A DNA stretch of 64,000 nucleotides from Thecamonas trahens ATCC 50062. Lineage: Eukaryota; Protista; Apusomonadida. Location of the stretch: positions 1 to 64,000 of the forward strand of contig NW_013657635.1 of assembly GCF_000142905.1 (NCBI RefSeq). The letters are read 5' to 3'. A program made the position numbers and the translations under genes. Shown one piece after another: positions 31,197 to 43,799 of this stretch; position 1 is the stretch's first letter, and the number at the start of each line of letters is the position of its first letter. Under the pieces are notes generated by a model. That model was not told where the DNA came from and searched no databases. It was given only the letters and a program-made list of their open reading frames with translations.

Positions 31197-34100
31197 TCAC
31201 CGGCGGGAGGCCTTCTCGCGCTCGCGTCGCTCGCGCTTGGAGAAGAACGAAATGGTGACGGCGACGACATCACGGGCGGCATGGTCGAGACAGTCGAGGA
31301 TGTACGAGGTTGTGGCGTCGACCTCGAGCTTGATGAGCGACTTGTGCTGGGGTGAAGGTAGATGCGGAGCGTGTCCGAAAACTGCGACTTGAACACAGCC
31401 TTGTTTCGCTTGCCGACCTTGTAGAGGCCGAGCCGCTTGCCCTTGATCTTGAGCGCCGCGTCCTCGGTCGGGTCGGCCGGCGAGTCGCCAATGATCTTGA
31501 CGTCAAAGGCGGCCTTGTCTTGGAACAGCATGTCGCGGACGAGGTTGACCACTCTCCGCGAGATCTGGATCGGCCCGGTCTCGGCCGCCACCGGCTCGCC
31601 CACCACCCCGTCCGCACGGACCGGGGTGTACTCGACCCGGATTTTGCAGTGGTTGTCGTCCGACGTCGCCTGGTAAGACTTGCCGTCGGCCTCGGGCGTG
31701 ACCGGAACGTAGTGGACGCCGTCCGACGATTTGGACCACACGATCGACGAGCCGCCCTCGGTCCCACCCCAGTACCGCCCGTTGAGCGTAAAGAGTGTGT
31801 CATGGTACTCGGAGCCCTCAATGGTGAGATCCTCGTACCGCGGGGCCCCGGGCGCCACGCCGCACGCCTCAAACGCCACCGCTCCCGAACCATTTTCGGC
31901 CGCCACAGGCGTGAGCACACACCGCACGTCGCGCCCGACGTCGACCGCCGTCAGCGAGTAGTGGTAGTGGAGCGCAAACGGAATGCGCCGCCACACCCCA
32001 TCGCCGGCTCGCCGCTCCCACTGGAACCGGAACCGCCGCTGCAACCGCCGGTGGTGGCTGCTCTTGATCTTGAGCCGCTCGCCCTCCACCGCCTCGCCGG
32101 TAATGTGCAGCTGCTCCTGCGGCAGCTCGTCGGGTGCACACTCAAACTCGTCACCGAGCAGCTCGGATATCTCCTGCTGCGCCGCGAGTTCCTCGGCGTC
32201 GGCCTCCAATATGAGCGCCGTGTAGTTGGGCGGTGGGCCCGGTGGGACGTACGGCGCGCCCTGCGCTTGCGCCATCCGCACGTGCTCGTACTGCATCCGC
32301 CGGTAGTTGGCCATGGCCGCCATGGCCCGCGACAGCGCCCGCTTGTGGGCGTTCTTCTCCAGCCGCGCAATCCGCACGTGGTTATGGTGCAGATGCTGCG
32401 CCCGGTTGACCTCGCCGTCGCCACCATCGCCGTCGCCGCCGGCAGGCGCCGGCTCCTCCTCACCAGTGGCCGAGCCGGCCCCAGACTCGGACTCGTCGTC
32501 GTCGTCAATGTCCGACCCGTCGTCCGAGTGCACTCCGTCGGCGGTAACGTCGAGGTCGACATCGATCTTGGCCGGCCCGTCCGCACCCTCAAACGTCGCC
32601 CCGCGCGCCGCTGCAGACGCCGCCGCCGCCCGGATCTCGCGCAGCCGCGACATCATCGGCGCAAGGTCTGCCTTCATCGTCGCCAGCTCGTCGAGGTACC
32701 CTGCCACGGCAGAGTGCATTGCGCCGACGTCCAGGCCCGACGAGAGCACAACGCTCGACGCCGACGCCGACGCAGGCCGCGCGTCGTCAGCATCCTCGCC
32801 GCCAGCCTCGGTCGCCGAGCTCGCCTCGACCGACGACACCGAGCCGGCCGACGACGCCGTCGAGTCGCGCCGCGCCTGCTCCTTGAGCGCCGCCGTCACC
32901 GGGTGTGCTGCCGCTCCTCCACCGTCCTTGATCTCGAGCTTGCCGGCCTCGGCTGCCGCGCGCTGCGCCTCAGAGAGGTACGCGACCGCCCCGCCTACAA
33001 GTGGATTGCTCTCCACGTGAAGCTTGGTAAGCGCCTTGGCCGCCGCCACCCCCGGAGGCAGCGCCGTCAGTGCGTTGCCGCTCACCAGCAGCTGCGAGAA
33101 CACGCCCGAGTTGGCGCCAAGCTCGGCAGGGAGCTTCGTCAGCGCGTTGTGGCTCGCGTCGAGCCGCTGCAGCTTGCGCAGCTTGGCCACCGCCAGCGGG
33201 ATCGTGGTCAGCGCGTTGGACGCCACCTTGAGGTCTGCTAGGTTGACAAGCGCCTCAAAAAGCGCATCGGGCAGGGCCGTCAGCGCGTTGCCAGACACAT
33301 CAAGAATCCGCAGCGTCGCCGCCGCACCCCCCAGCCCGACCTCAAGTGAGGTCAGCGCATTGCTCGGCGCATACAGCATCTTGAGGGCAGGCAGCGAGCC
33401 GAGCGAGCCGGGAAGCGTCGTCAGCCGGTTGCTGCTGAGGTTGACCTTGGTCAAGCCCCCGAGGCTCGACAGGTCTTGCGGCAAGCTGCCGACGCAGTTG
33501 TCCGCAAGGTCGACAGACGCAAACGCCGCCCCGGTAGCCGGATCCTCTAGCAAGACCGAGGGAAACGAGGTGAGCGGTGCCTTGGTCACAAACGGCTTAA
33601 ATGAGAGCTCCTTGGCGCCCTTGGCCTTGACTTTGCCCACATACGCAGTCACCGCCTTGGCCGAGCCTGGCACTGTCTTGCCCGGCAGCGGCTTGAGAGC
33701 AGCGCTCTTGGCGCCGGTGCTCTTGGGCGTGCTCGATGCCGAGCTCGCCGACGCCGCTTCGGCCTGCGCCCTCTTGGCCCTCTCGGCCTCGAGCTTCTTC
33801 TTCTTCAGAAGCAGTAGCTTCTTCTTCTTCAGAATCTTGAGCTTGCGCTCTCGCTCCGCTGCCTCTGCCGCCGCTGCGTCTTCCTTGGTTGTCAGCGTCG
33901 ACCCCGAGTTGGAGACAGTCGCCTCTTCCTCAGTCGCCTGATCGCCACCACTGGCCGCCGCCGCTCCAGCCGCAGGTGCCGCCTTCACCACCAACATCGA
34001 CGTCGGCTTGGAGAACACACCATTCTTGCCCGGCTTGACACACTGGAAGTACTCCTTGCCCTTGACCGTGCCAGTGATCCGTCCCTCTACCCCCCCGCAC

Positions 34101-34760
34101 ACACACACACACACACACATCGAGCGCGCCCATGGTGAGTCAATTGCGGCAAGAAAAGATGCGGCGCTTGCCGACGCTCGCAAGGGAGGGGGGGGGGGGG
34201 GGGGATGATCGACATGCCAAGATCACACACAAGAGATAGAGAGGAATATCACCACCGAGGGAAAAGACCGTCATGGGGCACAGGTGCCGACGGAGAAGGG
34301 CTCCAAGTCGTGGAGATCAGCAAGCGGCCGACCCACAGAACGGCCCGCCACCAGCAGCTACCGACGACCAAGCGTATTTTGAAGAACCACTGCAGCACGG
34401 ACAATCATGATTCAGACCATACCAATGACATGACCATGTAGAGGAGTTCATGCGTAACATGTTGATATGTGTATGGAGGTCAATATCGGGTGGTATGGCA
34501 ATTGGTAGCAGTATAACGTAGAGGGTGTGCGGGAGGAGGGGAAGGCTTGATCAGGCGCCAGTGGGGTGCGACGCTCGTAGGGAGGGGGGGGGGGGGGCAT
34601 AGTCATAGAACGTACGCTCTTCATTGTCAACCTCGACACCAACCCATGTACCAGCTTGAAAGTCAAGCGGACCAACATAGCGAACAGTTCCAAGGCCAAT
34701 CTTTAGCTTGACTCGTGCTCCCACAGCCACAGGCTGGCCTTTGATGTCTACAGCTGCCAT
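31197..34760 (-). CDS. CAP-Gly + LRR + two AIR9-type (A9) Ig repeats + PH-like domain; exons 34760-34616 and 34086-31197; frame break at about 31350
   Basis: Intron GTACGT(34615)..TAG(34087) splices GTVRYVG..WVGVEVDNEE-Q-GRITGTVKGKEYFQC. LxxLxLxxN repeats. A9 motifs YSLTAVDVGRDVRCVLTPV and YWGGTEGGS..W..YQATSDD..IRVEYTPVRADG. Confidence 0.85.
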
Positions 34761-34957
34761 TACCAAAAGTGCAGACGGCAGAGAGAGAGCGGTGGCAATG
34801 GCGGCTGGCGGCTGACGGCTGGCGGCTGGCGGCTGGCGGCTGGTGGTGGCTGGCGGCTGGCGGTTCGCGCGCCTGCTCGTGGCACTGGTCGGCCACGACG
34901 ACGCGGGCTTGCATAGCCTTTGACTTTGAGGGCGAGCTACCCAACTCAGACTGCGAC

Positions 34958-37900
34958 ATGGAAGGTGGGCGAGTTCGGGGGGACAACGACTGCAACCATG
35001 AAGGGTCTGAGGGGGTAATAGAGCCTGGCAGTTCTGGCGGTGACGGGCGAGGAGGGCATGGCGAGTTTGGAGCTGATGTGGGTGATGATGCGAGTGGCCG
35101 CGGTGGTACTCGTGATGCTGATGGTGACTCGTTGGGCGAACTGGCTCGACCTGGAAAACCGCATGTGGCTGGGAATGCTGGCAATGGTGGTCGGCGACTG
35201 ATCGGCGGTGGTCGTGGTCGTGGTCGTGGTGGTCGCGGTGGTCACCGTTCTGGAGGTGGTCGTGGGGGCAACTCCTTGCTCCGCGTCAAGGCTACGGACA
35301 CAAGAGTCGTCTCGATGAACACCATGCAGGGCACGCTGTGGTCATGGCTGGCAGACGCGCGCAAGTCGTCGGCAGGCGCAAAGTCGACGCCGGATTTGAT
35401 GCTCGATGGATCGGCGCCTGAATTGGGTCACCCGATCAGGGAGATCAATGAGAGCCGGGCCGGCCAAGTTGGTAGTGGTGGAGGGAGTTCCGGCTCGCTG
35501 AGAGCCGGTTCCCCTGTGGGCCGGGGCCCTCGCCACTCGCGACATAGCTCACGGCGGCGATCGATGTCACGAACTCAGTCGCGGTCGGCACGTGTTGCTG
35601 CGGCGGTCGATGCCGTCCTTGGCCCGCTCCCGCCACGCCTCGTCGACCCTCATGTCCAGTGGGAGGTGCCGAGCCGGGACGAGCGACTCGCGGCTGCGCG
35701 CGAGCGCTCCAAGTGGGTCTCGCTCCACCGGACCGACTCGTGGTCGGACATTCTGCCGTCCGACGATGAGTCTGTGCTCTCAGACGACTCATGGTCCGAC
35801 GACGGGCTCCGATCCGGACTCTCGGATGACGGCTCGATGTCGACGTTTGGCACGCCGCGGAGCTCACGGCGGCGCGGACGCCGGCGGCGGAGCAGCTCGG
35901 CGAGCTCTGGCGGGTACGGCACAGCCCGCTGTCGGGAACGGAAAGGATTGCGCGCCGGTGGCGGCGGCGGTGGCCAGGTCTCGTCGCTCGAGTTCTCGTC
36001 CGAGGCCGACGACGGTGGCGGACCGCGAGTGGACATGTCGTTCGGCGGCTCGGGTGAGCTGGTGCGGACCCGAAGCGGGACCGGACCGCAGGGCGGACTC
36101 GACCGGATGTACGAGATGCTTGAGACGGCGCGCGAGTCCAAGCAGGCGACGCTCCACGTGCCGATCATTGGGCTCACCCGCGTCCCGGAGCGCATTGCAC
36201 GACTGACCGAGCTCGAGGAGCTGCGAATCAACTCAAACATGATGACGACGCTGCCGGCGTCGATTGGTCGGCTCGCGCGGCTGCGTGTGCTCGAGCTGCG
36301 GCAGAACCACCTGACGTCGCTCCCTCGCGAGATTGGCGACCTCAAGGCACTTGTCTCGCTTGACGTGTCGTGGAACAAGCTCGAAGTCCTCCCGGGTACC
36401 ATTGGCAAGTGCTCGCGTCTCAAAGTGCTTGTTGTTTCACACAACAAGCTGGTGCAGCTCCCGCAGGAGATCGGATTCCTTCTCGGGCTCGAGGTGCTTG
36501 CCGCCGACGACAACGAGCTCACCTCGCTCCCGCCGTCGTTTGGCTACCTCCAGCACCTGCGGACGTTTTCGGTCTCTGAGAACTCGCTGCGGTCACTCAT
36601 TCCGCAAATCGGCCTGCTAACGCAGTGTGAGTCGTACGACATTTCCCGGAACCCGACGGTGGCCTCGCTCTCAATGCCTCTGTGGTTTCTCGGCGAGCCG
36701 ATCCCGCAGAAAACGGCGTGGCTGCTCGACGGCGTCTTTGTGACCTTTGCTTTTGTGCTCTTTTTGACCGGCGGCCTCGGCGGGCGCGAGAGGGCGAGGA
36801 GCGGGCTCGCAGTTGCGCAGCTGGCGCTCACAGGCGTTCCGATCACACTCCTGTTTATCTCGGTCATTGTGGCCTCGCTCCGGGTAGCCATGCCGAGCTT
36901 CACGCCTGCGCCACGGTTGCGGGCGAGCATGACCAACGCGCTCGCGCTCTTTACGCTTGTGTGGGAGTTTATGCAGCTTGTGGCCATGTCGATTCCGGGC
37001 GTGCGGTGGCCAGGCGTGGTGGGGACGACGGTCAAGGTGTTTCTCCTGGACATTGGCGCGCTCTTTGCGCCACTGTTCTGGTGCTCAGTGGTGCTTGGGT
37101 GTGCGCTCCGGGCTGCGCTCGAGTTTCCGCGGCTCCAGTCGTTTATGCACTCTGTGGGGCTCAACATCACGCTCAATCTTTCGTCGTACCTCGCGTTTGC
37201 GTCTGCGCTCTTCTACCTCCCGATCCTGCACAATGCGCTTGGGGCGCTGGCTTGCTCGTACCTGGAGGCCGAGAGCAAGGCGCGCGATGCGCTTGTCCTC
37301 CACCGCAACCCGGATGTAGAGTGCTGGAGCGGGGCGCACTTTGTGTTTGCGCTCGGCGCCATCGGCGTCCTCCTCATCTACTACCCAATGGCTGTGCTCT
37401 CGAACCCGATTTGGCAAGAGCGCAACATGCGGCTCGACGTCCGGTTCCATCCCGACTACTTGCTTGTGGTCTCGCAGGCCAAGATGTTCTTCTCGGTGGT
37501 GACTAACTTTACCCGCGAGTCGACGACGCGGCTCTCGATTCTGCTTGTCTCGTTCCTTGCCATGACGCTCTACACGCTCTACTCGCGCCCGTCATCGTCT
37601 GTTCTCGACATCTGGCGTGGTCTCTCGTTTCTGGGCGCGTCGGGCATGGCCGGCCTCGGCCTGTGGGTCACGCACGACGACTCGGTCTCTATGTCGGTGG
37701 TGGTTGGCATTCTCGCAGCGTGGTGGGTCGTTCTCGGCGCGCTCGGCACCAGCGCTACCCTCTGGGTCTGGCACGTCCACACGCGGAGCATGAAAGCGCA
37801 GCTCTCGATGACGGGCTCGTTCTTTGGCCCGCCTACCTCGCCGGGCCTCTCGCCGGGTGGAGGCGGCGGACTCGGGCTATCGCTTGGTCCCCTGAGTCCG

Positions 37901-38134
37901 CTTGGCGACGTGGAGAACACGTCGCCATGCCTGGCGGCGGACTCGGACTCGTCGGGCTCGTCGAGCTCGTCGTCGCTCCGCGGCGGCAAGACCAGCGCCG
38001 AGCAGTCGTCGCCGACTGTGTGCCGGGTGGCGCGGCCGTCGGCGGCGCTCGATGACACGAGCTCGGGGAGCGACGGTGTGCTGGGCATGACGATGGTGTG
38101 CCGCTCGTCCCGGTCGGGCTCCAAGTCTGTGTAA
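34958..38134 (+). CDS. LRR-containing multipass membrane protein; start uncertain (34958 or 35315)
   Basis: About seven 23-aa LxxLPxxIGxLxxL repeats, then about 9-10 hydrophobic helices with a C..CW..H loop (LACSY..ECWSGAH). Confidence 0.8.
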   Translation: MEGGRVRGDNDCNHEGSEGVIEPGSSGGDGRGGHGEFGADVGDDASGRGGTRDADGDSLGELARPGKPHVAGNAGNGGRRLIGGGRGRGRGGRGGHRSGGGRGGNSLLRVKATDTRVVSMNTMQGTLWSWLADARKSSAGAKSTPDLMLDGSAPELGHPIREINESRAGQVGSGGGSSGSLRAGSPVGRGPRHSRHSSRRRSMSRTQSRSARVAAAVDAVLGPLPPRLVDPHVQWEVPSRDERLAAARERSKWVSLHRTDSWSDILPSDDESVLSDDSWSDDGLRSGLSDDGSMSTFGTPRSSRRRGRRRRSSSASSGGYGTARCRERKGLRAGGGGGGQVSSLEFSSEADDGGGPRVDMSFGGSGELVRTRSGTGPQGGLDRMYEMLETARESKQATLHVPIIGLTRVPERIARLTELEELRINSNMMTTLPASIGRLARLRVLELRQNHLTSLPREIGDLKALVSLDVSWNKLEVLPGTIGKCSRLKVLVVSHNKLVQLPQEIGFLLGLEVLAADDNELTSLPPSFGYLQHLRTFSVSENSLRSLIPQIGLLTQCESYDISRNPTVASLSMPLWFLGEPIPQKTAWLLDGVFVTFAFVLFLTGGLGGRERARSGLAVAQLALTGVPITLLFISVIVASLRVAMPSFTPAPRLRASMTNALALFTLVWEFMQLVAMSIPGVRWPGVVGTTVKVFLLDIGALFAPLFWCSVVLGCALRAALEFPRLQSFMHSVGLNITLNLSSYLAFASALFYLPILHNALGALACSYLEAESKARDALVLHRNPDVECWSGAHFVFALGAIGVLLIYYPMAVLSNPIWQERNMRLDVRFHPDYLLVVSQAKMFFSVVTNFTRESTTRLSILLVSFLAMTLYTLYSRPSSSVLDIWRGLSFLGASGMAGLGLWVTHDDSVSMSVVVGILAAWWVVLGALGTSATLWVWHVHTRSMKAQLSMTGSFFGPPTSPGLSPGGGGGLGLSLGPLSPLGDVENTSPCLAADSDSSGSSSSSSLRGGKTSAEQSSPTVCRVARPSAALDDTSSGSDGVLGMTMVCRSSRSGSKSV

Positions 38135-38182
38135 AAGAAGGCCAGCGGGATCCCGCAAGTGTGTTTGATGAAACGGCGTCGA

Positions 38183-38279
38183 CTAGGCGGCGGACTTGAT
38201 GGCGGCGATCTTCTCGGTGAGCTCGGGCACGATCTGGAAAAGGTCGCCCTCGAGGCCGTAGTCGGCGACGGAGAAGATG

Positions 38280-38312
<33 letters not shown>

Positions 38313-39205
38313 ACCTTGGAGTCCTTCATGCCGGCAAGGTGCTGGATGGCGCCCGAAATGCCGACGGCGATGTAGAGGTCGGGGGCGACGATGAGACCGG
38401 TCTGGCCAATCTGCAGGGCGTTGTTGACCATGCCCTCGTCGACAGCGGCGCGCGAGGCGCCCATGGCGCCGCCGAGGAGGTCGGCGAGCTTCTCAAGCAT
38501 GGCAAAGTTCTCGCCCGACTTGAGGCCGCGGCCACCCGAGACAACAACCGGCGCCGAGGCAAGGTCGGGGCGGTCCGACTGCGAGAGCTCGGCCGAGACA
38601 AACTTGACCTTGTCGGCGAGCGGGAAGTCCGGAGCGTCCATGGCGACAATGTCGGCGGAGCCGCCGTCGGCGGGCGCGGCGTCAAAGTTGGTGGCGCGGA
38701 CGGTCATGAGCTTGACCGGGTCCGAGGACTTGACGGTGGCGAGGGCGTTACCGGCGTAGATGGGGCGGACAAAGGTGTCCTCAGAGACAACCTCAACAAC
38801 CTCAGAGATAGGCTGAGCGTTGAGCAGGGCGCCGATGCGCGGGATGACGTTCTTGCCCGAGACGGTGGCGGCGGCAGCAACGGTGCCAAAGCCGTGAGCC
38901 TCGACGGCAGCGGCGGCGGCAGCGGCAAGGTTCTCAGCAATGGGGTGCTCGACCTCGGGAGCGTCGACGACAAGGACCTGTGAGACGCCATCAATGGCAG
39001 CAGCAGCATCAGCAACGGCAGAGCAGTTGGAGCCGGCGACAAGGACGGCAACAGGGTCCGAGCCAGCCACAGCAGCGGCAGCCGACACGGCGTGCCGCGT
39101 AGCCTTGGCCAGCGAAGAGTTGTCATGCTCAGCAATGACAAGAGCAGAGGCAGACCGCGCAAGACGCGGGGTAGCGCGAACAAGGTTCTGGGTCACGTTC
39201 AGCAT
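38183..39205 (-). CDS. ETFA: Electron transfer flavoprotein alpha subunit, mitochondrial
   Basis: [60 protein letters not shown]; transit-like N-terminus. Confidence 0.97.
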
Positions 39206-39353
39206 GGTGGTAGAGCGGTGTTGTGTCGCGTGGGTGGTGGGAGGGGGAGGAAGAGGAGGGTGGGGGGAGGCGGGGGGAAGGGGGAGGGGAGGTGGCGGTG
39301 AGCAGAGCGAATGGGAGTGGAAGAGGTGGATTTTTCTGCTGTGGCTCGAAGAC

Positions 39354-39361
39354 TATATATA
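39354..39361. promoter_or_regulatory. Candidate TATA box in the ETFA/GBE1 divergent intergenic region
   Basis: TATATATA in a GC-rich context, about 150 bp upstream of the ETFA ATG. Confidence 0.4.
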
Positions 39362-39405
39362 GCTCGTCCGATTGCGGCCGGGTAGGCGCAATCATTTGTG
39401 GTGGT

Positions 39406-39866
39406 GGTGGGAAGACTGCGCAGACGCAACCATTCACCCTGTCCGATACCGATGATGGCGGCGGGAAGACTGCGCAGACGCAATCAAATCGACCTGCTTG
39501 GTACCTGGGCAGGTGCAACCACTTGTACTGATGGTGGGAAGACTGCGCAGACGCAACCATTCACCCTGTCCGATACCGATGATGGCGGCGGGAAGACTGC
39601 GCAGACGCAATCAAATCGACCTGCTTGGTACCTGGGCAGGTGCAACCACTTGTACTGATGGTGGCGACTGCGCAGCCGCAGCAACCATTCACCCTGTCCG
39701 ATGCCGATGATGGCGGCGGGAAGACTGCGCAGACGCAATCAAATCGACCTGCTTGGTACCTGGGCAGGTGCAACCACTTGTACTGATGGTGGCGACTGCG
39801 CAGCCGCAGCAACCATTCACCCTGTCCGATGCCGATGATGGCGGCGGGAAGACTGCGCAGACGCAA
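39406..39866. repeat. Tandem array of about 3.6 x 127/128-bp units, each holding two copies of a core motif of about 21 bp
   Basis: The cattcaccctgtccgat anchor recurs at 39431, 39558, 39686 and 39814. Core GGGAAGACTGCGCAGACGCAA or a variant occurs 8 times. Confidence 0.95.
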
Positions 39867-39996
39867 ACATGCCGCCACAACCAGCATAGCGCAGGCGCAA
39901 CCTCACCCTCGTCGACGCACGGCCACCGGGCCACAGCGCTCTTAACACGCCCCAGGCACGCACCCTGGCCCCAGCGCACGCCACGCACCTCGCCAC

Positions 39997-42118
39997 ATGT
40001 CGTCGTCTACCTCTCCCCCGACTCCTGCCGACGAGATAGTAAGCTCTGGCGTTGTGACGGCCGACCCGTACCTGGCGCCGCACGCACCCGTCCTCGCTGC
40101 CCGCCACGCGGCGTATGCCAAGACCAAGGCGGCCATCGAGGCCACCAGCGGGAGCCTCACCGACTTTGCACTCGGCTTCAACACCTTTGGTCTCCGCCGG
40201 ACGGACGATGGTGGATGGCGATACACAGAATGGGCGCCCGCTGCTGCCGGTCTTGCCCTTGTCGGCCCGTTCAACTCGTGGGACGTCGACGCCCATCGCG
40301 CAGAGGTCGACGAGTACGGCGTGTGGCGCGTCACCATTCCGCCACACACCCTCGCTCCGGGGGATGTGGTCAAGACTGCTGTTCAGATGGGCCCGACAGC
40401 GGTCCACGGTGCGCTTGGTGAGTGGCATCATCGCATCCCGGCGTGGATCGAGCGCGTCGAGCAGGATCCCGAGACCGGTGCGTTCCACGGCGTGGCGGTC
40501 GACAGTGCAAGCGAGGACTATCAGTGGCAGGCGCCGAGGCCGGTTGCTCCGCCAGGCCCCGGGGCCACGGAAGAGCCGCTCATCATCTATGAGGCCCACA
40601 TCGGGATCGCGTCGGAGGAGCTCGCGGTCGGGAGCTACGCCCACTTTACCGCCAACGTCCTTCCGCGCATTGCCGCGCTTGGGTACAACACTGTTCAGCT
40701 GATGGCAGTCATGGAGCACGTGTACTACGGCTCGTTTGGTTACCAAGTCACCTCGTTCTTTGCGGCGTCGTCGCGGTACGGGAGCCGGATCGAGCTCAAG
40801 TCACTCATCGACACTGCGCACTCGCTAGGCCTCCGCGTCCTCCTCGATGTCGTCCACTCGCACGCGTCTAAGAACGTGCTCGACGGACTCAACGGGTTTG
40901 ACGGAAGCGACGCCGGCTACTTTCACGCCCCGCCGCGCGGCGACCACCCGCTCTGGGACTCGCGGGTCTTTGACTACTCGCAGCTTGAGGTCCTCCGCTT
41001 CCTGCTCTCCAACCTGCGGTACTGGATCGATGAGTTCCACTTTGACGGCATGCGGTTTGACGGCGTCACCTCGATGCTTTACACCCACCACGGAGTGGGC
41101 ATGGGCTTCTCCGGCTCGTACGATGAGTATTTTGGCGCCGATGCATGCGTCGACACCGACGCTGTCGTCTACCTCAAGCTGGCCAATGAGCTTGTCCACT
41201 CGCTGGCTGCAGCCTCTGGCGGCTCGCTTGTCACGATCGCCGAGGACGTGTCGGGAATGCCGACGCTCTGCCGCCCGGTCGACGAGGGCGGTGTCGGCTT
41301 TGACGCCCGCCTCGCCATGGCGCTTCCGGACATGTGGATCAAGCTCCTCAAAGAGGTGCCCGACGAGGAGTGGAACATGGGCCACCTCGTCCACACCCTC
41401 ACCAATCGGCGGTTCAACGAGGCAACCATTGCGTACGCCGAGTCGCACGACCAGGCGCTGGTCGGCGACAAGACCATTGCCTTCTGGCTCATGGACGCCG
41501 ACATGTACACCCATATGTCGGTCCTCACCTCGCCCACGCCGCGCATTGACCGCGGCATCGCGCTCCACAAGCTCATCCGCGCCCTCACGTACATGCTTGG
41601 CGGCGACGGCTGGCTCGCCTTTTGTGGCGCAGAGTTTGGCCATCCCGAGTGGCTCGACTTTCCGCGCGAGGGCAACAGCTACTCCCACAAGCACGCCCGT
41701 CGCCAGTGGTCGCTTGTCGACGACCCGCTCCTCCGCTACGCCCACCTCAACGCCTTTGACGCCTCCCTTCACGCCCTCCACGCCGAGCTGCGCTGGCTCG
41801 CCCGTCGCGCCCGGCATACGTCTCGGCCAAGCACGAGGCCGACAAGATCATCGCCTTTGACGTCTCGCATGCCGTCGTCGTCTTCAACTTCCATCCCTCG
41901 TCGTCTTTCGAGTCGTACCGCGTCGGCACCCCTGGCCCGGCACCTACACCATCGCCCTCGACTCTGATGCGCCCGAGTACGGCGGACATGCACGCAACGC
42001 GCTCGATACCGTCTTCTTCTCCGAGCCGGTTCCCTGCGGCGGCCGCGACCACTCGATCCTCGTCTACTCGCCCTCACGCACCGTGGTCGTCTACAAGCTC
42101 CGGTCCGAGCCTGGCTAG
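39997..42118 (+). CDS. GBE1: 1,4-alpha-glucan (glycogen) branching enzyme; two frame breaks at about 41802 and 41930
   Basis: [58 protein letters not shown]. The C-terminal [24 protein letters not shown] is recovered in shifted frames. Confidence 0.95.
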
Positions 42119-42300
42119 ATGTCGCCGTCCAACCATGCCAGCCCACCACAACCATGACCATAACCACGTCTATGACCATAGTCGCAATGACAGCGATAGC
42201 CGCAACCAGGTTCATCATCACTCCTCACTGCTGCCCCCCCCCCCCCCCCCTGCCAACTCTCTCACACCTTGCTGCCTTGCCCACCTCTCGCCACTGCACC

Positions 42301-43605
42301 ATGCCAAAGACGAGCAAGAAGGCAAGTGGCAAGGCAAGCAGCAAGACGAGCAGCAACAGCAGCAACAAGTCGACACTCAAGCGCAAACGGCCGACAACGT
42401 CCGAGGCATCTGTGGCTGGCCTCTCGACGGACGACGTGCTGGGACCTGTGCGGGAGGAGAGGACGGTGGTGGTGAGGGCTGCCAAGCGGCCAAAGGTGAC
42501 GCTCGAGTCGCTTGACTTGCCTGGAGTTCGAGATGAAGTAGCTGAGATGGAAGACAACGAAGTAGTGAGTGCCATCGAGGCCATGGTACTGCGGATGGCC
42601 CATGAGATTTTGGCAGAGAAGGGCCTCACCTACGAGGTGCCCTCGCGATCGTCGTCGAACCAGCAGTTTGTGCCCGAACTCAACCGGATGGTGCTCAAGA
42701 GCAAGACCACCATCCGGGACTTTACTGGCATCAACTCGGTGCGAAAGACCGCCATCACTACCCGTGTCCTGCAGCTCATCCACGAGCTCTGCTCCAAGGG
42801 CATCCACGTGACCAAGCGTGACCTGTTCTACACAGACGTCAAGCTCTTTGAAAAGCAGACCGATACCGACGACATTTTGGACGACGTCGCCACCATGATC
42901 GGCTGCACACGGACCTCGCTCAACGTTGTCGCCTCTGAAAAGGGTGTCGTTGTCGGCCGCGTCTCCTTCCGTGACGCCGGCGACCTCATCGACTGCACCC
43001 GCATGGGCGTTGGCGGCAAGGCCATTCCGCCCTTCACCGACCGCATCACTGACATCGAGTCCGACGCCGAGTTTATCCTCGTCGTCGAGAAGGACGCCGC
43101 CTTTATGCGCCTCGCCGAAGACCGCTTCTACAACACCTACCCTTGCATCATCATCACCGCCAAAGGCCAGCCTGACGTCTCCACACGCCGCTTCCTCAAG
43201 CGCCTCAAGGAGGAACTCAACCTCCCTGTCCTCGGCCTCTTTGACTCGGATCCCTACGGCTGCCGCATCTTCTCCGTCTATACTACCGGCTCCAAGAACC
43301 TCTCCTACGACTCGGCTTCGCTCGCCACCCCGGACATCAAGTGGCTCGGCGTCCGCCCCTCTGATCTCGACCGCTACAACATTCCCGAGCAGTGCCGCCT
43401 CCCACTCTCCGACCGTGACATCACCGCTTGCCACCAGCTCCTCAAGGAGGAGTTCATCAAGTGCAACCCCGAGTGGGTCAAGGAGCTCAAGCTCATGCTC
43501 AAGACCAAGGTCAAGGCCGAGATCCAGGCCCTGGCCACCTTTGGCTTCACCTACCTCTCCGAGACCTACCTCCCACAGAAGCTTGCTGCTGGCGACTGGA
43601 TCTAG
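42301..43605 (+). CDS. TOP6A: DNA topoisomerase VI subunit A (SPO11-3 type)
   Basis: [15 protein letters not shown] (catalytic Tyr), [49 protein letters not shown]. These match the plant SPO11-3 signature rather than meiotic SPO11-1/2. Confidence 0.93.
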   Translation: MPKTSKKASGKASSKTSSNSSNKSTLKRKRPTTSEASVAGLSTDDVLGPVREERTVVVRAAKRPKVTLESLDLPGVRDEVAEMEDNEVVSAIEAMVLRMAHEILAEKGLTYEVPSRSSSNQQFVPELNRMVLKSKTTIRDFTGINSVRKTAITTRVLQLIHELCSKGIHVTKRDLFYTDVKLFEKQTDTDDILDDVATMIGCTRTSLNVVASEKGVVVGRVSFRDAGDLIDCTRMGVGGKAIPPFTDRITDIESDAEFILVVEKDAAFMRLAEDRFYNTYPCIIITAKGQPDVSTRRFLKRLKEELNLPVLGLFDSDPYGCRIFSVYTTGSKNLSYDSASLATPDIKWLGVRPSDLDRYNIPEQCRLPLSDRDITACHQLLKEEFIKCNPEWVKELKLMLKTKVKAEIQALATFGFTYLSETYLPQKLAAGDWI

Positions 43606-43794
43606 AAGCCTCTGTCCACCCCCTACCCCCTAAACACACACACACACGCACACACAGCCTGGGCCCCAACTTGTGCCCCAGCTCGACCGCCTCACTGCCA
43701 AGACCAGCTTATCTCCGTACGCGCACACCCTTTCCACATGATTGCATGCAGGCTTCGATCGCCCACCCACCCTCTCCATCCATCCCTCTTACTC

Positions 43795-43799
43795 TCTCC

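Noticed and set aside
39406-39866. CRISPR-like repeat-spacer appearance
   Set aside because: Spacers are not unique (two alternate), there are no cas genes and the context is eukaryotic; it is a higher-order tandem repeat.
42301-43605. Meiotic SPO11 as evidence of sex
   Set aside because: Motifs match the non-meiotic TOP6A/SPO11-3 clade.
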